From Octopus sinensis (lineage: Eukaryota), in assembly GCF_006345805.1 (NCBI RefSeq), contig NC_042998.1, positions 131,688,001 to 131,752,000 on the forward strand: a stretch of DNA of 64,000 bases, written 5' to 3'. The position numbers and the translations under genes are program-made. How positions within the stretch are numbered: the first letter of the stretch is position 1; each line of letters starts with the position of its first letter. The notes under the pieces were generated by a model. That model ran no database searches, was not told the origin of the DNA, and was given only the letters and a program-made list of their open reading frames with translations. This document shows positions 62,015-64,000 of this stretch, one piece after another.

Positions 62015-63430
62015 GTTTAGAGTACCAATTCTGATCTACGTATTTTGTGGCTTGCTGTCAAATATTATCAGGCGGCGAGCTGGTAGAATCGTTAGCACGC
62101 CGGGTAAAATGCTTAACAACTTTTCGTCTGTCTTTACAACGATCTGGGTTCAAATTCCGCCAAGGTCGATTTTTGCTTATTACCCTTTTGGGATCGATAA
62201 AATAAGTACCAGTTGAGATCTGGCCTTGTGCCAACATTCAAAACCAATAAGTAGATACTATGTATTATAGGATATCGGGTATTGATTTATTTGCCCGGAG
62301 ATCTATATTGCTGTTAAAACTGCTCCGATTCTCTGTCTCACACATGCATGTTTTCAAAACTCTTGTAACTTATCCGAATAGAAATAGCAACCAAATCTTC
62401 CTCAAATCACCTACTGTCTTAGAAAAATTACATACACGTGTTTGCGTGTCTGTGTTTGTCCCCCCAACATCGCTTGACGACCGATGCTGGTGTGTTTACG
62501 TCCCCGTAACTTAGCGGTTCGGCAAAAAAGAGACCGATAAAATAAGTACTGGGCTTACAAAGAATAAGTCCTGGGGTCGATTTGATCAACTAAAGGCGGT
62601 GCTCCAGCATGGCCACAGTCACATGTCTGAAACAAGTATAAAAGAGAAAAGAAAAGAAAGAGATTAGTTAAGGTGACACTAGACGAATTATGACGGAATA
62701 AATACGGGATGTTCACGTCTGGAATGTCTTTGATCATTGATCTGCTGGATCAAGGTTGGCTAGGCTCTAAAAAAATAATACCATCGTTATGTACAACTGA
62801 GTTGTCTTTAGCTTATCGTTTATAATTTCCTTTCGTACGTTCTTTCTTTACGTGGGTATCTCGATCGATTTTTCGGTTTGTATGTTCCTGTGATAGTAAG
62901 GTGATAATAGTAATGTGGTAGTTGTAATAGTGATGGTGGTAGTGGTGATGGTGGGGATAGTGGGGATGGTAGATGTCTAGCTTAGGTATTAGTCAAAGTG
63001 TTGAAGTATATTTTACTTCTTCCTAACACCTCACACTCATCATCACAACCCCAACTCACCCACTCACACATACTCTCTCTCCACTCGTCCACATTAACTT
63101 ACAGAGCAATATCTATGATTTCACTGTAGTTTATGTCATTGTTCAAAAACCGGTGGTGATGAGGTGGAATAGGCGGGGTCTCCCAGCCCACATATCCACT
63201 TTACTCTTTTTTTTCTTTATTATATGTTTTTATTTATTGGTCTTTCGTATTTGTTTCTCCTTTTATTTTGTTAAATGCTGTTTGATCGACGTCGTGGTGT
63301 CTGGTTTTCTCACGGCTATGTAGTTCGCTGATGGCTAGAAATGCCGTGTACCACTTATTTACGACTTTCATATCACACATGACATATATGCCCATAAATA
63401 TATACATATATATATTATATATATATATAT

Positions 63431-63519
<89 letters not shown>

Positions 63520-63576
63520 CTATATGTATATATTTATGGGCATTATATGTCATGTGTGATATGAATATATATAATA

Positions 63577-63630
<54 letters not shown>

Positions 63631-63667
63631 ATATATGTATATATATGTAATATATATATAGTATATA

Positions 63668-63706
<39 letters not shown>

Positions 63707-63952
63707 ACATGTATGTATATTTATATATGTATATATATATGTATATATTGTATATATATGTATATATATGTATATATATGTATATATATATATGTATATA
63801 TATATATGTATATGTATATATATAGATATATATATATGCCTATATATACATACATATATGCCCACATATATAGACATATATATGTGTGTGTATATATGTA
63901 TATATGTATGTGTGTGTATATATATATATGTGTGTGTGTATGTATATATGTA

Positions 63953-63985
<33 letters not shown>

Positions 63986-64000
63986 GCCCATATATATACA

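Overview
Repeat-dense, AT-rich animal genomic DNA, most likely from an octopod cephalopod (inferred from the SINE types and the GC-rich, expanded rDNA). No host protein-coding gene is supportable, and most listed ORFs are microsatellite or rDNA-shadow artefacts. The centre (33785-55342) is one circularly permuted 45S rDNA unit (ITS1-5.8S-ITS2-28S-IGS-ETS-18S-ITS1) that begins and ends in the same 95-bp ITS1 segment. Its 28S carries a ~4.9-kb R2 retrotransposon with three zinc fingers (clade-A type) at the canonical site. Its IGS holds 18-bp and 141-bp arrays, five promoter-like long subrepeats and, unexpectedly, degenerate rearranged copies of the 28S R2/R1 target region. The flanks contain a tRNA-Asp gene, a mariner, a hAT with two nested insertions, a small Helitron, Penelope-like and R4/Dong-like remnants, and SINEs. 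They also contain several inverted-duplication elements in (TA)n that encode hammerhead ribozyme motifs, including a 485-bp monomer present as two differently permuted, longer-than-unit copies (retrozyme/circular-RNA-like). All alignments and folds were done by eye; most boundaries are approximate.
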